Shown: positions 1-9,828, counted from the first letter of the stretch. The stretch is 64,000 nt of DNA from an uncultured Thermoplasmatales archaeon (GCA_964391965.1 CAYMOC010000002.1:16915-80914); one strand, 5' to 3'. The notes: generated by a model not told the origin, from the sequence alone. Numbers and translations: made by a program.

Positions 1-1385
1 GACGATCTGAACAAAGTTCTTTGATTTCAACTTTGTTTCATAGAAGAGTAGTATCAGATGAATTCTGGAAACACATAAATATGTTATCTGATAATTTTGA
101 AGATCTTTCTGAAAAAGACAAAATTGTTGTTAAAAAACTAAAAAAAGATGTAGAAAAATCAAGGAAAATCCCTGAGGATTTTGTAACACGTATGTCCAAG
201 GCTACAACTATTGCTTATCAGAAATGGGAGGAAGCTCGAAATAAAAAAGATTTCAAGGTTTTTGCATCTGATTTAGAAAAAATAGTGGAACTAGAAAAAG
301 AATACTGCGGTTATATGGATCTTCCAGGACCACGATATGATACATTATTAGATGACTATGAGGAAGGTATGACTGCTGAGAAACTTAAAAAAGAATTCTA
401 TCCATTAAAAAAAGAACTTATTAAAATCCTTGAAAAAATAAAAGATAGTAATGTTTATTCTAACCAAGAAAAGTTAAATAAAAAGTTTAGTAAAGATCAG
501 CAAAAAAAGCTTTGTGATCTTGTTATTGAAAAAATGCTTCTTCCAAAGGACCGGGCGAGGGTTGATGAAACCACGCATCCATTTACCACTTCAATTGGTA
601 ACCAGGATGTGCGTATTACTACTAACTTTGGAAGAGGTGATCCATTGTTTTCTTTTACATCAACTGTTCATGAAGCAGGTCATGCATTGTATGAGCTGGG
701 TATGCCGAAAGGTGAATACGAGTATACTGTTATTTCTGATTCACCGTCTTTAGGTCTTCATGAGTCTCAGTCTCGTTTCTGGGAGAATATGATTGCTAAA
801 AGCAAAAGTTTTTGGAAATATTTTTACCCAAAGTTTGTAAATACTGCTCCAGATCAGTTTGAAAACACAGGTTTTGATGATTGGTATAAACTTGTGAACC
901 GTGTTGAACCATCTCTTATAAGGGTTGAAGCTGATGAGTTGACTTATTGTTTACATGTAATTCTTCGTTTTGAAATAGAGCTGGGTCTTATGGATGGATC
1001 TATTAGTGTTTCTGAGCTGCCTCAGGTTTGGAATCAAAAAATGGATGAAATGCTTGGAGTAACACCCTCTAACGATGTTGAAGGAGTGCTTCAGGATATG
1101 CATTGGAGTGGAGGAAGCATAGGTTATTTTCCCACTTATGCAATTGGTTCTATTTATTCTTCTCAACTTTTTAAAACTCTAACATGTGAAAAACCAAAAA
1201 TTTATGAAGATATAGAAAAAGCAGAGTTTGCAGAAATTCTCAGCTGGCTGAGGAAAAAAGTTCATGTCCATGGACGAAAGTATATGGCTGATGATATCAT
1301 CAAAAGAGTATGTGGAGAGGGGCTTAATTCTAAAGTTTTTGTTGATTATCTAAAAAACAAATACTTCGAATTATACGAAGTATAA
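1..1385 (+). CDS. M32-family (Taq-type) zinc carboxypeptidase, 5'-truncated at window edge
   Basis: The reading frame is open from the window start. It carries the M32 signature motifs HPF, DVRITT (DxRxT), HEAGHALYE (HExxH), HESQS, IRVEADE and GVLQDMHWS. Confidence 0.75.
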   Translation, partial: RSEQSSLISTLFHRRVVSDEFWKHINMLSDNFEDLSEKDKIVVKKLKKDVEKSRKIPEDFVTRMSKATTIAYQKWEEARNKKDFKVFASDLEKIVELEKEYCGYMDLPGPRYDTLLDDYEEGMTAEKLKKEFYPLKKELIKILEKIKDSNVYSNQEKLNKKFSKDQQKKLCDLVIEKMLLPKDRARVDETTHPFTTSIGNQDVRITTNFGRGDPLFSFTSTVHEAGHALYELGMPKGEYEYTVISDSPSLGLHESQSRFWENMIAKSKSFWKYFYPKFVNTAPDQFENTGFDDWYKLVNRVEPSLIRVEADELTYCLHVILRFEIELGLMDGSISVSELPQVWNQKMDEMLGVTPSNDVEGVLQDMHWSGGSIGYFPTYAIGSIYSSQLFKTLTCEKPKIYEDIEKAEFAEILSWLRKKVHVHGRKYMADDIIKRVCGEGLNSKVFVDYLKNKYFELYEV

Positions 1386-1469
1386 AGATTTCATTATTTT
1401 ATATACCCAAAGGATAAATACAAAAAAAATATAACCACTAAAAAAATTGTAATTAGGATAGTATCATCG

Positions 1470-2528
1470 ATGATTAAAAAAACTGTACGTTGCCCTAAAT
1501 GTAACGGTGTTACATCATTTTCTGGCATGGAAGGAGAAACAAAAAATATAACTTGTCCATCTTGTGGTAATACTGGTAAAGTTACTTTTAGAAAAGAGTC
1601 TGAAGAGAAGTCTTATGCTATTGAGGTTTCGGATCTTAAAAAGATTTATGGAAATCTATCAGCTGTTGATGGTATTTCTTTTAAGGTTAAAAAAGGAGAA
1701 GTTTTTGCTTTTCTAGGCCCTAATGGTGCAGGTAAAACAACTACGGTTGAAATGATTGAATCTATTAGAAAACCTAATCAGGGTTCAATAAAAATTTTGG
1801 ATAAAGACGTCTCTGTTTCTTTTAATGATGTTAAAAATTTGATTGGTATTCTTCCTCAGGAGTTTCATAGTTTTGAAAGACTCACGGTTAGGGAGACTCT
1901 TGATTATTTTTCTAAACTTTATGAAAAAAATGCAGATATTGATGAAATTATTGATGCGATGAATCTTAACGATGATGAAAACAAACTTTACAAGGACCTT
2001 TCTGGTGGTTTGAAACAACGTGTTGGTGTAGCTATTTCTTTGGTTAATGATCCTGATATTGTTTTTCTTGATGAACCAACAACGGGTCTTGATCCTAAGG
2101 CACGACGTGAAGTTTGGGATGTTATAGCGGGTCTTCGTGATAAAAATAAAACTGTTTTTTTAACCACTCATTACATGGAGGAAGCAGAGTATTTAGCAGA
2201 TCATATAGCTATTATTCATAAAGGAAAAATTATAGCTGAGGGTTCTTTGGAAGAGTTGAAAGATAAGTATGGCAAGGGTAGTGTTTTGCGTGTTAAAAAC
2301 TGTAAGAATCATGATGCAGTTGAAATCTTAAAAGATAAAGGTTTTGATGTTAAAAAAGAAGGAAATGGTGATATTGCAGTTAATATTGAACATAAGGATC
2401 GTGTTTTAGAGGTCTTGTCTTCTTTGAAAAAAGAATGTATTGATTATGATAGTATAGATATCCGTAAGAGTAATCTTGAAGAAGTTTTTCTTTATCTTAC
2501 TGGTGCTCGTTTGAGAGGTGACACTTGA
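1470..2528 (+). CDS. ABC transporter ATP-binding protein with N-terminal CxxC...CxxC zinc-ribbon
   Basis: Walker A is GPNGAGKTT, the ABC signature is LSGGLKQRV and Walker B is IVFLDEPTTGLD. The first ~40 aa contain CPKCNG...CPSCGN. Confidence 0.8.
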   Translation: MIKKTVRCPKCNGVTSFSGMEGETKNITCPSCGNTGKVTFRKESEEKSYAIEVSDLKKIYGNLSAVDGISFKVKKGEVFAFLGPNGAGKTTTVEMIESIRKPNQGSIKILDKDVSVSFNDVKNLIGILPQEFHSFERLTVRETLDYFSKLYEKNADIDEIIDAMNLNDDENKLYKDLSGGLKQRVGVAISLVNDPDIVFLDEPTTGLDPKARREVWDVIAGLRDKNKTVFLTTHYMEEAEYLADHIAIIHKGKIIAEGSLEELKDKYGKGSVLRVKNCKNHDAVEILKDKGFDVKKEGNGDIAVNIEHKDRVLEVLSSLKKECIDYDSIDIRKSNLEEVFLYLTGARLRGDT

Positions 2529-2531
2529 TTT

Positions 2532-3641
2532 ATGAGACCGCGTTTTATTTTGTTTGATTTGTATTATAATATTAAGACATGGATGAGGAGTAAGGGTACG
2601 GTTTTTTGGACTTTGCTTTTCCCGGTTTTGTTAATTCTTATTTTTGGTGCGATTTTTTTAGATACAGGTGATGTTGAGTATGATCTTGTTGTTCAAGATC
2701 TTGATGATAGCGAACACTCGGAGGAGTTTGTTAAGGTTCTTAGGAATATTTCTGTTTTTAGGGTTATTGAGATTGATTTAGATGAAGATATCTCGGATTA
2801 TATGAAGGATAATGATAAGTCTTCAGCGTTGCAGATACCTAAAAATTTTGGTAGTAGTGTTCAGATGTCTTTTGTGGATGAGAATGTTAGTACTAATTTG
2901 ACTTTTTTTAATGATCCATCTGATCAGAGTACAACTGGTGTTGTAAGAAACGTTGTTTCTAATGCTTTAAATGAGTATAATATGGGTATTACACAGGGTC
3001 GTCGTGTTGTTGGATTGGATGAAGAAAGTACGGTTGGTGATGATTTTGAGTTTATTGATTTTTTTGTTCCAGGTATTATCGGGTTTACTATTATGACTAG
3101 TTGTATTTATGGTAGTATTGAACGTAATACTAAGTATCGTAAGGATGGTATTCTTAGAAAACTTTTGACAACGCCTGTAACTCGGACTGAATGGATTGTT
3201 TCTAAGATGCTTTTTATGTTGTTTCTTTCTTTTGTTTCAACTTTGTTGATTATCGTTGTTGGTATGGGTGTGTGGGGTCTTAGTGTTAATATTGGTGTTT
3301 TCTTTTTTGTAATTATTATTGCGACTAGTTTTCTTTTTTCGGGTATGGGTATGATTATTGGTCGTTTTGTTAAAGAAGAGGAAACAGCTGATATGGCTGG
3401 TGGAGCGATTACTTTTCCTATGATGTTTCTAGCGGGGACTTTTTTTCCTTTGGAGCAGATGCCGGATTTTTTGCAGACTATTGCTCAGTTTCTTCCTTTG
3501 TATTATGTTAATGAGGCTCTAAGAAATACTATGATTTATGGCAATTTAGATAAGACTCTTTATTTCACTGGTTTTGTTTTGGTTTTTGCTTTGGTGTTTT
3601 TTGTTGTGGGTGTTTTGGTTACAAAGTGGAAAGAAGATTAA
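2532..3641 (+). CDS. ABC-2 type transporter permease
   Basis: Its start lies 4 bp after the ATPase stop. It has multiple hydrophobic helices, a long extracytoplasmic loop after TM1 and an ABC-2 type C-terminal TM bundle. Confidence 0.6.
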   Translation: MRPRFILFDLYYNIKTWMRSKGTVFWTLLFPVLLILIFGAIFLDTGDVEYDLVVQDLDDSEHSEEFVKVLRNISVFRVIEIDLDEDISDYMKDNDKSSALQIPKNFGSSVQMSFVDENVSTNLTFFNDPSDQSTTGVVRNVVSNALNEYNMGITQGRRVVGLDEESTVGDDFEFIDFFVPGIIGFTIMTSCIYGSIERNTKYRKDGILRKLLTTPVTRTEWIVSKMLFMLFLSFVSTLLIIVVGMGVWGLSVNIGVFFFVIIIATSFLFSGMGMIIGRFVKEEETADMAGGAITFPMMFLAGTFFPLEQMPDFLQTIAQFLPLYYVNEALRNTMIYGNLDKTLYFTGFVLVFALVFFVVGVLVTKWKED

Positions 3642-3768
3642 GTTGATGCTATAGTCTTAAATAGTAGTTTTTATAAAAATCAAAAAATATAAATAGTTTG
3701 AACTACAAACATAATAATAGTGAATGATGTTAACAATTATCATTATTTGCTGGGGGTATAGAAAAATA

Positions 3769-3897
3769 TGTTAATCATCGGCCAAGTATCAAACGAACAA
3801 GAAAAAAACATGGTAACCTTCGTAGCAAAAGTCTTCATCGTAGGAGAAAGATTCAGATACTTAGCAAGAAGAGAAAGAGAAAAAAAATTTAGATAAA
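3769..3897 (+). CDS. small ORF (42 aa), Arg/Lys-rich C-terminus; hypothetical
   Basis: The ATG lies just downstream of a duplicated promoter-like motif. The ORF is below the ORF-track size cut-off and I found no homology. Confidence 0.15.
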
Positions 3898-3910
3898 ATA
3901 GTTTGACGCT

Positions 3911-4333
3911 TCAAGAAAAAAGAGGTGATATAGATGAAAAACTTTCTTTATCAAACTCGATATTATCAGACAAAGCTTGAAGTAAACACATCCAAGAAGC
4001 AGGATGAAACAAAAGAACTAAAATAAAAATCAAAGTATGATCCGTGATAAAATCAACCATCCCTGGAGAGAAATGGTCGTCCATATACACAATAAAAAGA
4101 AGCACCCACTCAAAAAAATTTGAAACTATCAAAGCAAGAATTATAAATATAAACAAAAAACCCATAAAAAGTGGTTCTGGAGTTGCTTGATATTCCATGA
4201 AGAAATCAGTTTTTTCAACATTTACTTTAAAATCTTTACCTGAAAAATTTGGAACTGCAGAGATTGAAGAAAACATCAAAAAGATTGAAAAAAATGCCAT
4301 ACAAAAAATTAAAAATTTTTTTATTTTTTTCAT
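3911..4333 (-). CDS. hypothetical small membrane protein
   Basis: It has an N-terminal signal/TM segment and two further hydrophobic helices. I recognised no family. Confidence 0.3.
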   Translation of the reverse strand: MKKIKKFLIFCMAFFSIFLMFSSISAVPNFSGKDFKVNVEKTDFFMEYQATPEPLFMGFLFIFIILALIVSNFFEWVLLFIVYMDDHFSPGMVDFITDHTLIFILVLLFHPASWMCLLQALSDNIEFDKESFSSISPLFS

Positions 4334-4439
4334 AAAAACAAAACCTCAAATTTTAAAATATTATAAAAATAATCAAAGTAATCAGAGTATAAAAAAATAT
4401 CTAGATAAAAAAATTTAAGAAAAAAATATTTTGATATTT

Positions 4440-4706
4440 TTAGCCAGATAAACTCTCTGTACTAATCAAAGTTTTCGAGTCCATTACTCCCTTAATTGCT
4501 CTAATATTTTTAATTACAACTTTTCCAATCATATCAATATTTGATGCCTCAATTTTTACAAGAATATCATACTCTCCAAAAAGAGGATGAACTTCAACAA
4601 CCTGAGGCATATCAGATAATTTCTGAAATACTTCTTTTTCCTGTAATGGACTTATTGTTATTAATGCAAATCCAGTTGCCATAGAATCGCATAATGCAAC
4701 TAACAC
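4440..4706 (-). CDS. stand-alone Lrp/AsnC-type ligand-binding (RAM) domain protein
   Basis: It is about 88 aa and shows the beta-alpha-beta-beta-alpha-beta pattern typical of AsnC C-terminal domains (…EVHPLFGEYDILVKIEA…). Confidence 0.5.
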   Translation of the reverse strand: MLVALCDSMATGFALITISPLQEKEVFQKLSDMPQVVEVHPLFGEYDILVKIEASNIDMIGKVVIKNIRAIKGVMDSKTLISTESLSG

Positions 4707-4787
4707 ATATTATAGTTTTTCTTTCAATTATTTGTAAAAAATGTAATTTTTTTACCAATCAAAAAATATTTATCCTATTTATGCATT

Positions 4788-5138
4788 ATGTTAACAATTG
4801 ACTGGGGGTTTTATGTTTTGGTAAATGAAGAAAAAAACAAATCAAGTATTACAAGTGTGGCAGAAAAAGAAATAAATCTATTAAACAGACATGTAGATGT
4901 ATTAAAAACAGTAAAAGAACACGGACCCATAGGAATAATACGACTATCAAAAATGACAGGGCAACCACAACATACAATTCGATATTCACTAAGAACACTT
5001 GAAAAAGATGGAATAATCGAGCCGTCACCAAATGGAGCAATGGTCACAGACAAAGCAGAAGATACACTTGATACAATTGAAACAACAATAGATGAATTTA
5101 CAACAACCATGAAAGGAATAAAAGATAAACTCAAATAA
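4788..5138 (+). CDS. winged-helix transcriptional regulator (possible start at TTG 4818)
   Basis: An HTH-like segment (LSKMTGQPQHTIRYSLRTLEKDGII) resembles TrmB/MarR-type wHTH. Confidence 0.4.
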   Translation: MLTIDWGFYVLVNEEKNKSSITSVAEKEINLLNRHVDVLKTVKEHGPIGIIRLSKMTGQPQHTIRYSLRTLEKDGIIEPSPNGAMVTDKAEDTLDTIETTIDEFTTTMKGIKDKLK

Positions 5139-5269
5139 AGAAATATTTATATTATTTTTATATAAAATAGCGTAATTTCCTGTTTTTGGTAATTAATGTT
5201 AAACAACTTTTATAAACTAGTTATGTGTATAATAAGGAGTAGAGAACAAAAAAAGATAAAAAAATCGGA

Positions 5270-6382
5270 GTGAAAATTAAGATGAAGAAATTTAAGATCA
5301 TAACAATGACATTAGGACTTATGCTACTATTCACACTAGGATCAGTTGCTAGCTCAGAAGACGTTAATGTAACTATAAATGATCCGAAAGCAGATGTAAT
5401 GGACTTCTATAAAGCTCTACAAGGAATTTATAGTGGCGGTGATTACAACGAAGATATTGATATAAAAACAATATCCTATGAAAAATCAGAAGGAAGCACT
5501 AAATTATCTTTTGATTTAGAAGTATTCGGTAAAATACTAGACAGTGGAGATGTAAGCGCACTTACCGGAGAAATGGACCCGGATATGGAGGAAACAGATC
5601 CTTTATCAATGATATCAAAATTAAAAGATCCTATAGTTTATTATGCAATATCATTCCAAAGCTCAGAAGAAATTTACACATTCAATTATATTAATACTAA
5701 TTGTTCAGTGACAATTGCTGAAGAAACAATCTGGGATTTAGACTATGAAATAAACAATGGCGTTCTTTCATCATCATTTAATCTCAAAAACGAAGATGAA
5801 ACGATAGAAAACATTACAGTAGAAACAACGTATATGAAAATTGACATAGATTTATCATCCTTATCAGATCCTTCAAATGCTGAAAATATAGATGAATCAT
5901 CTATGATTAACTGGTACTCTGATAGCTATCCAAATATGGAAGGTTTCTTTGCATCATTTTATACTGAACCGACAAATCCACAACCAGATGAGGAAACAGA
6001 GATAACTGCTAGTATATATGGCGGAACTGAACCGTACTCATATAAATGGGATTTTGGAGACGGCAGTGAATCAACAGGTTGGTTAGATGATCCAGGCACA
6101 ACTCATATATTTGAAGAAAAAGGAACATACACTGTTAACTTAACAGTAGAAGATAATGAAGGCAATTTAAGTTATGCAGAACTACCTGTTTTTGTTGGAA
6201 CAGAAAATTTAGATGATGTAAATCAAACCGGTGATACAAACAGCAGTAGAAATAAAAATAATAACGATGGTTTTCTTGCTGCTGCAACAAGTGGTAACAC
6301 GGGTCTGATAGCATTTATTGCCCTTGTAGCAATAATATTAGTAGCAGGTCTTGCAGTACTCTACTATATTAGCAAAAGATAA
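5270..6382 (+). CDS. secreted surface protein with PKD domain and C-terminal TM anchor
   Basis: It has a signal peptide, a PKD-like motif (YKWDFGDGSESTGW) and a C-terminal hydrophobic helix followed by KR. Confidence 0.55.
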   Translation: MKIKMKKFKIITMTLGLMLLFTLGSVASSEDVNVTINDPKADVMDFYKALQGIYSGGDYNEDIDIKTISYEKSEGSTKLSFDLEVFGKILDSGDVSALTGEMDPDMEETDPLSMISKLKDPIVYYAISFQSSEEIYTFNYINTNCSVTIAEETIWDLDYEINNGVLSSSFNLKNEDETIENITVETTYMKIDIDLSSLSDPSNAENIDESSMINWYSDSYPNMEGFFASFYTEPTNPQPDEETEITASIYGGTEPYSYKWDFGDGSESTGWLDDPGTTHIFEEKGTYTVNLTVEDNEGNLSYAELPVFVGTENLDDVNQTGDTNSSRNKNNNDGFLAAATSGNTGLIAFIALVAIILVAGLAVLYYISKR

Positions 6383-6480
6383 AAAAAATACATATTTTTT
6401 TTCTTTTTTTATTTTACTCTTTTTTAGTTATGTTTTTATTTAAAGAATATATCATGTTTCTTAATTAGTGAGGAACATTT

Positions 6481-7836
6481 ATGGCTAAAAAAGAAAATAA
6501 GAAAAGCGAATACACTTATAAAAGAAATTTTGCATGGGATGTTTTTTCAAAAAAACAGATTGAGGATGTTTTTAGTTTTTGTGAAGAATATAAAGATTTT
6601 TTAAACAATTCTAAAACTGAACGAGAAAGTATTAAAGAAATTAAAAAAATTGTAGAGAAAGCAAAAAAGAAAATCATTCTAAACCGTGAATCTGAAGCAG
6701 CAATTTTTATCAATGGAAATAAAAAAGTTGAGGATGGTTTAAGAATTATTATTTCTCATGTGGATAGTCCTCGTTTGGATTTAAAACAGGTTCCATTGTT
6801 TGAAGATGGTGATAGTAATCTTGCACTTTTTGAAACACATTATTATGGAGGTATAAAAAAATTTCATTGGGTTACAATTCCTCTTGCTTTGCATGGAGTA
6901 ATTATTAAAAAAGATGGAGAAAAACTTTATTTTAATCTTGGTGAGGATGAAAAAGATCCTGTTTTTTCTGTACCTGATTTGTTACCTCATCTTTCTTATG
7001 AAGTACAGAATGAGAAAAAAATGTCTAAAGCAATCAAGGGTGAAAGTCTTGACATTATGGTTGGGAATCAACCTGTTAAGGATGAAGAAGTTAAAAACCG
7101 GATTAAAGCAAATATTCTTGAAAAACTTCATGAGAAATATGGACTTATCGAAGAGGATTTTATATCAGCAGAGTTAGAAGCAGTGCCAATTTATAAAAGC
7201 CGGGATGTGGGTTTTGATCGTTCAATGATTGGTTCCTATGGCCAGGATGACCGTGTTTGTGCTTTTACAGCTATGAAAGCAGCACTTGATGCTAAAAACA
7301 AGTACAGTTGTATTGTTTTATTTGTAGATAAAGAAGAAATAGGAAGTGAAGGTAACGCTACAGCACAGGTATCAAATTTTATAAGGTCAGTTATTAAAAA
7401 ACTTGATAAAAATGTTGATGTAGATGAGGTTATGCTTAAAAGCAAAGTTATTTCTGCTGATGTTAATGCCGCTGTTACACCAAATTATACTGAGGTTTTT
7501 GAGTTGAAAAACGCTTCATCCTTAGGTAACGGTGTTGTAATGTCTAAGTTTACAGGTCATGGTGGTAAGTATGCTGCTAATGATGCCACAGCTGAGTTTG
7601 TCTCAGAGATTAGAACACTGTTAAATGAGAATAAGATTCCTTGGCAGACTGCTGAACTGGGAAAAGTAGACAAAGGCGGCGGTGGAACTGTTGCTAAATA
7701 CTTTAGTCGCCTTGGTATGGATGTAATAGATTTGGGTCCTGCGGTTATGAGTATGCATGCACCATTTGAAATTACTAGTAAAGTCGATGTTTATTCAGCA
7801 TATTTAGCCTATAAAAAATTCTTAGAAGCAACATAA
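6481..7836 (+). CDS. M18-family (aspartyl/ApeA-like) aminopeptidase
   Basis: It has the HVDSP motif, DDR and a C-terminal MHAPFE-type metal-ligand region. Length is about 450 aa. Confidence 0.6.
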   Translation: MAKKENKKSEYTYKRNFAWDVFSKKQIEDVFSFCEEYKDFLNNSKTERESIKEIKKIVEKAKKKIILNRESEAAIFINGNKKVEDGLRIIISHVDSPRLDLKQVPLFEDGDSNLALFETHYYGGIKKFHWVTIPLALHGVIIKKDGEKLYFNLGEDEKDPVFSVPDLLPHLSYEVQNEKKMSKAIKGESLDIMVGNQPVKDEEVKNRIKANILEKLHEKYGLIEEDFISAELEAVPIYKSRDVGFDRSMIGSYGQDDRVCAFTAMKAALDAKNKYSCIVLFVDKEEIGSEGNATAQVSNFIRSVIKKLDKNVDVDEVMLKSKVISADVNAAVTPNYTEVFELKNASSLGNGVVMSKFTGHGGKYAANDATAEFVSEIRTLLNENKIPWQTAELGKVDKGGGGTVAKYFSRLGMDVIDLGPAVMSMHAPFEITSKVDVYSAYLAYKKFLEAT

Positions 7837-7862
7837 AAAAAATCTATTTTTTTTTTATTTTT
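7837..7862. terminator. T-rich bidirectional terminator between convergent genes
   Basis: An oligo-T/A tract (tattttttttttatttttt) lies between the stop codons of convergent genes. Confidence 0.3.
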
Positions 7863-9483
7863 TACTAAGACGATCAATTATATGATTACGACAATACTCA
7901 GGATTACATTTTTTATCTGTTTTTCTCGCCACTGGTAAACCCGCGAGTCGCATCATAGGCCGGGTTGCTTTTTTTCCATGTTTCCAACGAGCATAAAACC
8001 AATGTACAAAGAAAAACATAGGACCAAGTACCTTTTGCATCTGCGGCGCCCAGAAATCAATATTATTACGCCAGCAACGAGAAAGTACCTCCCATTGAAG
8101 CTCTGTAAGATTATCAAGATTTGTTCGATGTGAATCACTAAGAAGTGCTTCACGAAGTGGAATAAAAAGAACAGGAGTGTAAAACATTTTAGAATTTTGA
8201 GCTCGCAGTTCATCTATCAACTCAAGTGTTGCCAATACATCATCCTCTGTTTCATCAGGCTGACCGGTCATAATAGTACACAATGGATACCAATCATGAT
8301 CATTTAGATGCCCTATTGCTTCAACTACAAGCTCAGGCCAATTATCAACACTGAAAGGCAATGCTTTTCCTTTCATATATTTCTGCATCAAACGAACACT
8401 ACCTGTTTCAATACCCATCTCAACAGAAATAAATGGTTTTTTGTAAAGTTCACTAGTCTTAGGAGTCCATTTAGTTTTCTCTATCAATATCGGTGTAAGT
8501 TCCTCAAGAAGTGTTTTATCGTACAAAATCGGTGCAAAAGAACCATGTGAAAGAAGAATATGTTCAACACCAGGATAATCCGCAATTGTCTTGTAAAGTT
8601 TTACAACCTCAGGTGTATTTGGAACAAAATTTTTTTTACATTTATAAAGAAAAATATCCTCAGTTACAGTAAAAATAGATTTAGAACCTTCTTTTATATT
8701 GGTTTTAACTTCTTTCATTATATGATCAATTGGAAAACTATGCCTGTTACGCATAGTAGGGCTACAAAAAGCACAACCACGTCCACAACCACGCATAATC
8801 TCAACCATTCCATAACTAGAAGCATGTTTAATCGTTGGAATGAAATCTCTTTTAGGATGAGCCGCCTCATAAAAAGCAGGAAATTTTTCACTGTTTAACA
8901 ATTTTTTGAAAACAGGTACAACTTCTTCCTCCCCTTCACCCTGAAAAATATGATCAATACCAAGCTTTTCTTGCATATTTGCTTCAGCAATCTGCCAGGC
9001 ACCCTGGCCGCCAACAATAACCTTTGGATCATATTTTTTAATAGAAGGATGCTTCAACAATTTCACAAACTCTGAAGCATTCAATGCTTCTCCACCAAAA
9101 CCAATCAAACTATTATAAGTAGTAGAAACATAAGCAAGACCCATAGGATCCATAGTTGAAATACCAACAACTTTTGTTTTTCGTCCTACAAAACGATGAA
9201 TTTGATCATAATGAGTGCAAACCACATTTTCTTCACCGAACTCATCAATAAGCATCGATTCAACCTTACGTAACCCATAAATAGTTTGTTTAGCAGAACC
9301 ATCAGAATTGCATTCAAGATTGTTTAAATGTTCACGAAGAGCATAACCCGAAAGTTTTTTTGGAAAAGTACAAATAAACGCGGCAAAAGGATTGTTATCA
9401 TACTCATTAGCTTCAGCTCTAGAAGCAGCTAAAACAATCGGTACACCTTCAACATCTGTATCCAACTCTAAATTATTGCTCAT
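7855..9483 (-). CDS. radical SAM protein with N-terminal B12-binding-like domain and long C-terminal extension (542 aa)
   Basis: CGRGCAFCS is a CxxxCxxC motif. An N-terminal Rossmann-like region (VVGISTMDP…KVIVGGQGA) is present. Confidence 0.6.
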   Translation of the reverse strand: MSNNLELDTDVEGVPIVLAASRAEANEYDNNPFAAFICTFPKKLSGYALREHLNNLECNSDGSAKQTIYGLRKVESMLIDEFGEENVVCTHYDQIHRFVGRKTKVVGISTMDPMGLAYVSTTYNSLIGFGGEALNASEFVKLLKHPSIKKYDPKVIVGGQGAWQIAEANMQEKLGIDHIFQGEGEEEVVPVFKKLLNSEKFPAFYEAAHPKRDFIPTIKHASSYGMVEIMRGCGRGCAFCSPTMRNRHSFPIDHIMKEVKTNIKEGSKSIFTVTEDIFLYKCKKNFVPNTPEVVKLYKTIADYPGVEHILLSHGSFAPILYDKTLLEELTPILIEKTKWTPKTSELYKKPFISVEMGIETGSVRLMQKYMKGKALPFSVDNWPELVVEAIGHLNDHDWYPLCTIMTGQPDETEDDVLATLELIDELRAQNSKMFYTPVLFIPLREALLSDSHRTNLDNLTELQWEVLSRCWRNNIDFWAPQMQKVLGPMFFFVHWFYARWKHGKKATRPMMRLAGLPVARKTDKKCNPEYCRNHIIDRLSKK

Positions 9484-9504
9484 AACAGAAACCTACAAAG
9501 AATT

Positions 9505-9828
9505 TTATGTTTTTTTAACAAGCATTTTTTTAAACAAAGGATCCTTAAGAGTCTCCTGAAGTTGACCTAGAAAATCATTCCATGAAAGACTATTATTAGA
9601 CCATTTAATCATTTCTTTTTTATGAAGTGAAAAAATTTTAAGAAAACTCTGCCAACTATAACCATCATCTTTTAATGGTTTAGACCAACCAGCATCACGC
9701 CAAAGATAACTAGGAAGCTTGTTTCCAAACCATAAAGTAAAAGAATCTATTTTAAGTTCCAAGTTTTTTTTCTGATTCATAAAATGTTTTTTTAATTTTT
9801 TAGGTTCAGGTGGAATATGATAATTCAT
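9505..9828 (-). CDS. hypothetical protein, probably co-transcribed with downstream radical SAM gene
   Basis: A 21-bp gap separates it from the next gene on the same strand. It is Trp-rich and I recognised no family. Confidence 0.3.
   Translation of the reverse strand: MNYHIPPEPKKLKKHFMNQKKNLELKIDSFTLWFGNKLPSYLWRDAGWSKPLKDDGYSWQSFLKIFSLHKKEMIKWSNNSLSWNDFLGQLQETLKDPLFKKMLVKKT

Noticed and set aside
514-1166. ORFs 514-753(+) and 951-1166(-) inside the carboxypeptidase gene
   Set aside because: They are fully nested in or antisense to a gene with strong motif support and show no family resemblance.
1785-2018. Antisense ORF within the ABC ATPase
   Set aside because: It is low-complexity and overlaps the Walker-motif-encoding region of a confident gene.
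4197-4418. K-rich 73-aa ORF (+) overlapping the 3911-4333 membrane-protein ORF
   Set aside because: It is a poly-A/T-driven lysine-rich translation and is likely spurious. The region may be mostly non-coding.
4811-5134. Two antisense ORFs opposite the wHTH gene
   Set aside because: They are Ser/Val/Leu-rich low-complexity mirror translations of the sense gene.
6516-7445. Three small ORFs within or antisense to the M18 aminopeptidase
   Set aside because: They are nested in a well-supported gene.
7953-8898. Three ORFs antisense to the 542-aa radical SAM gene
   Set aside because: They are Phe/Leu-rich antisense artefacts.
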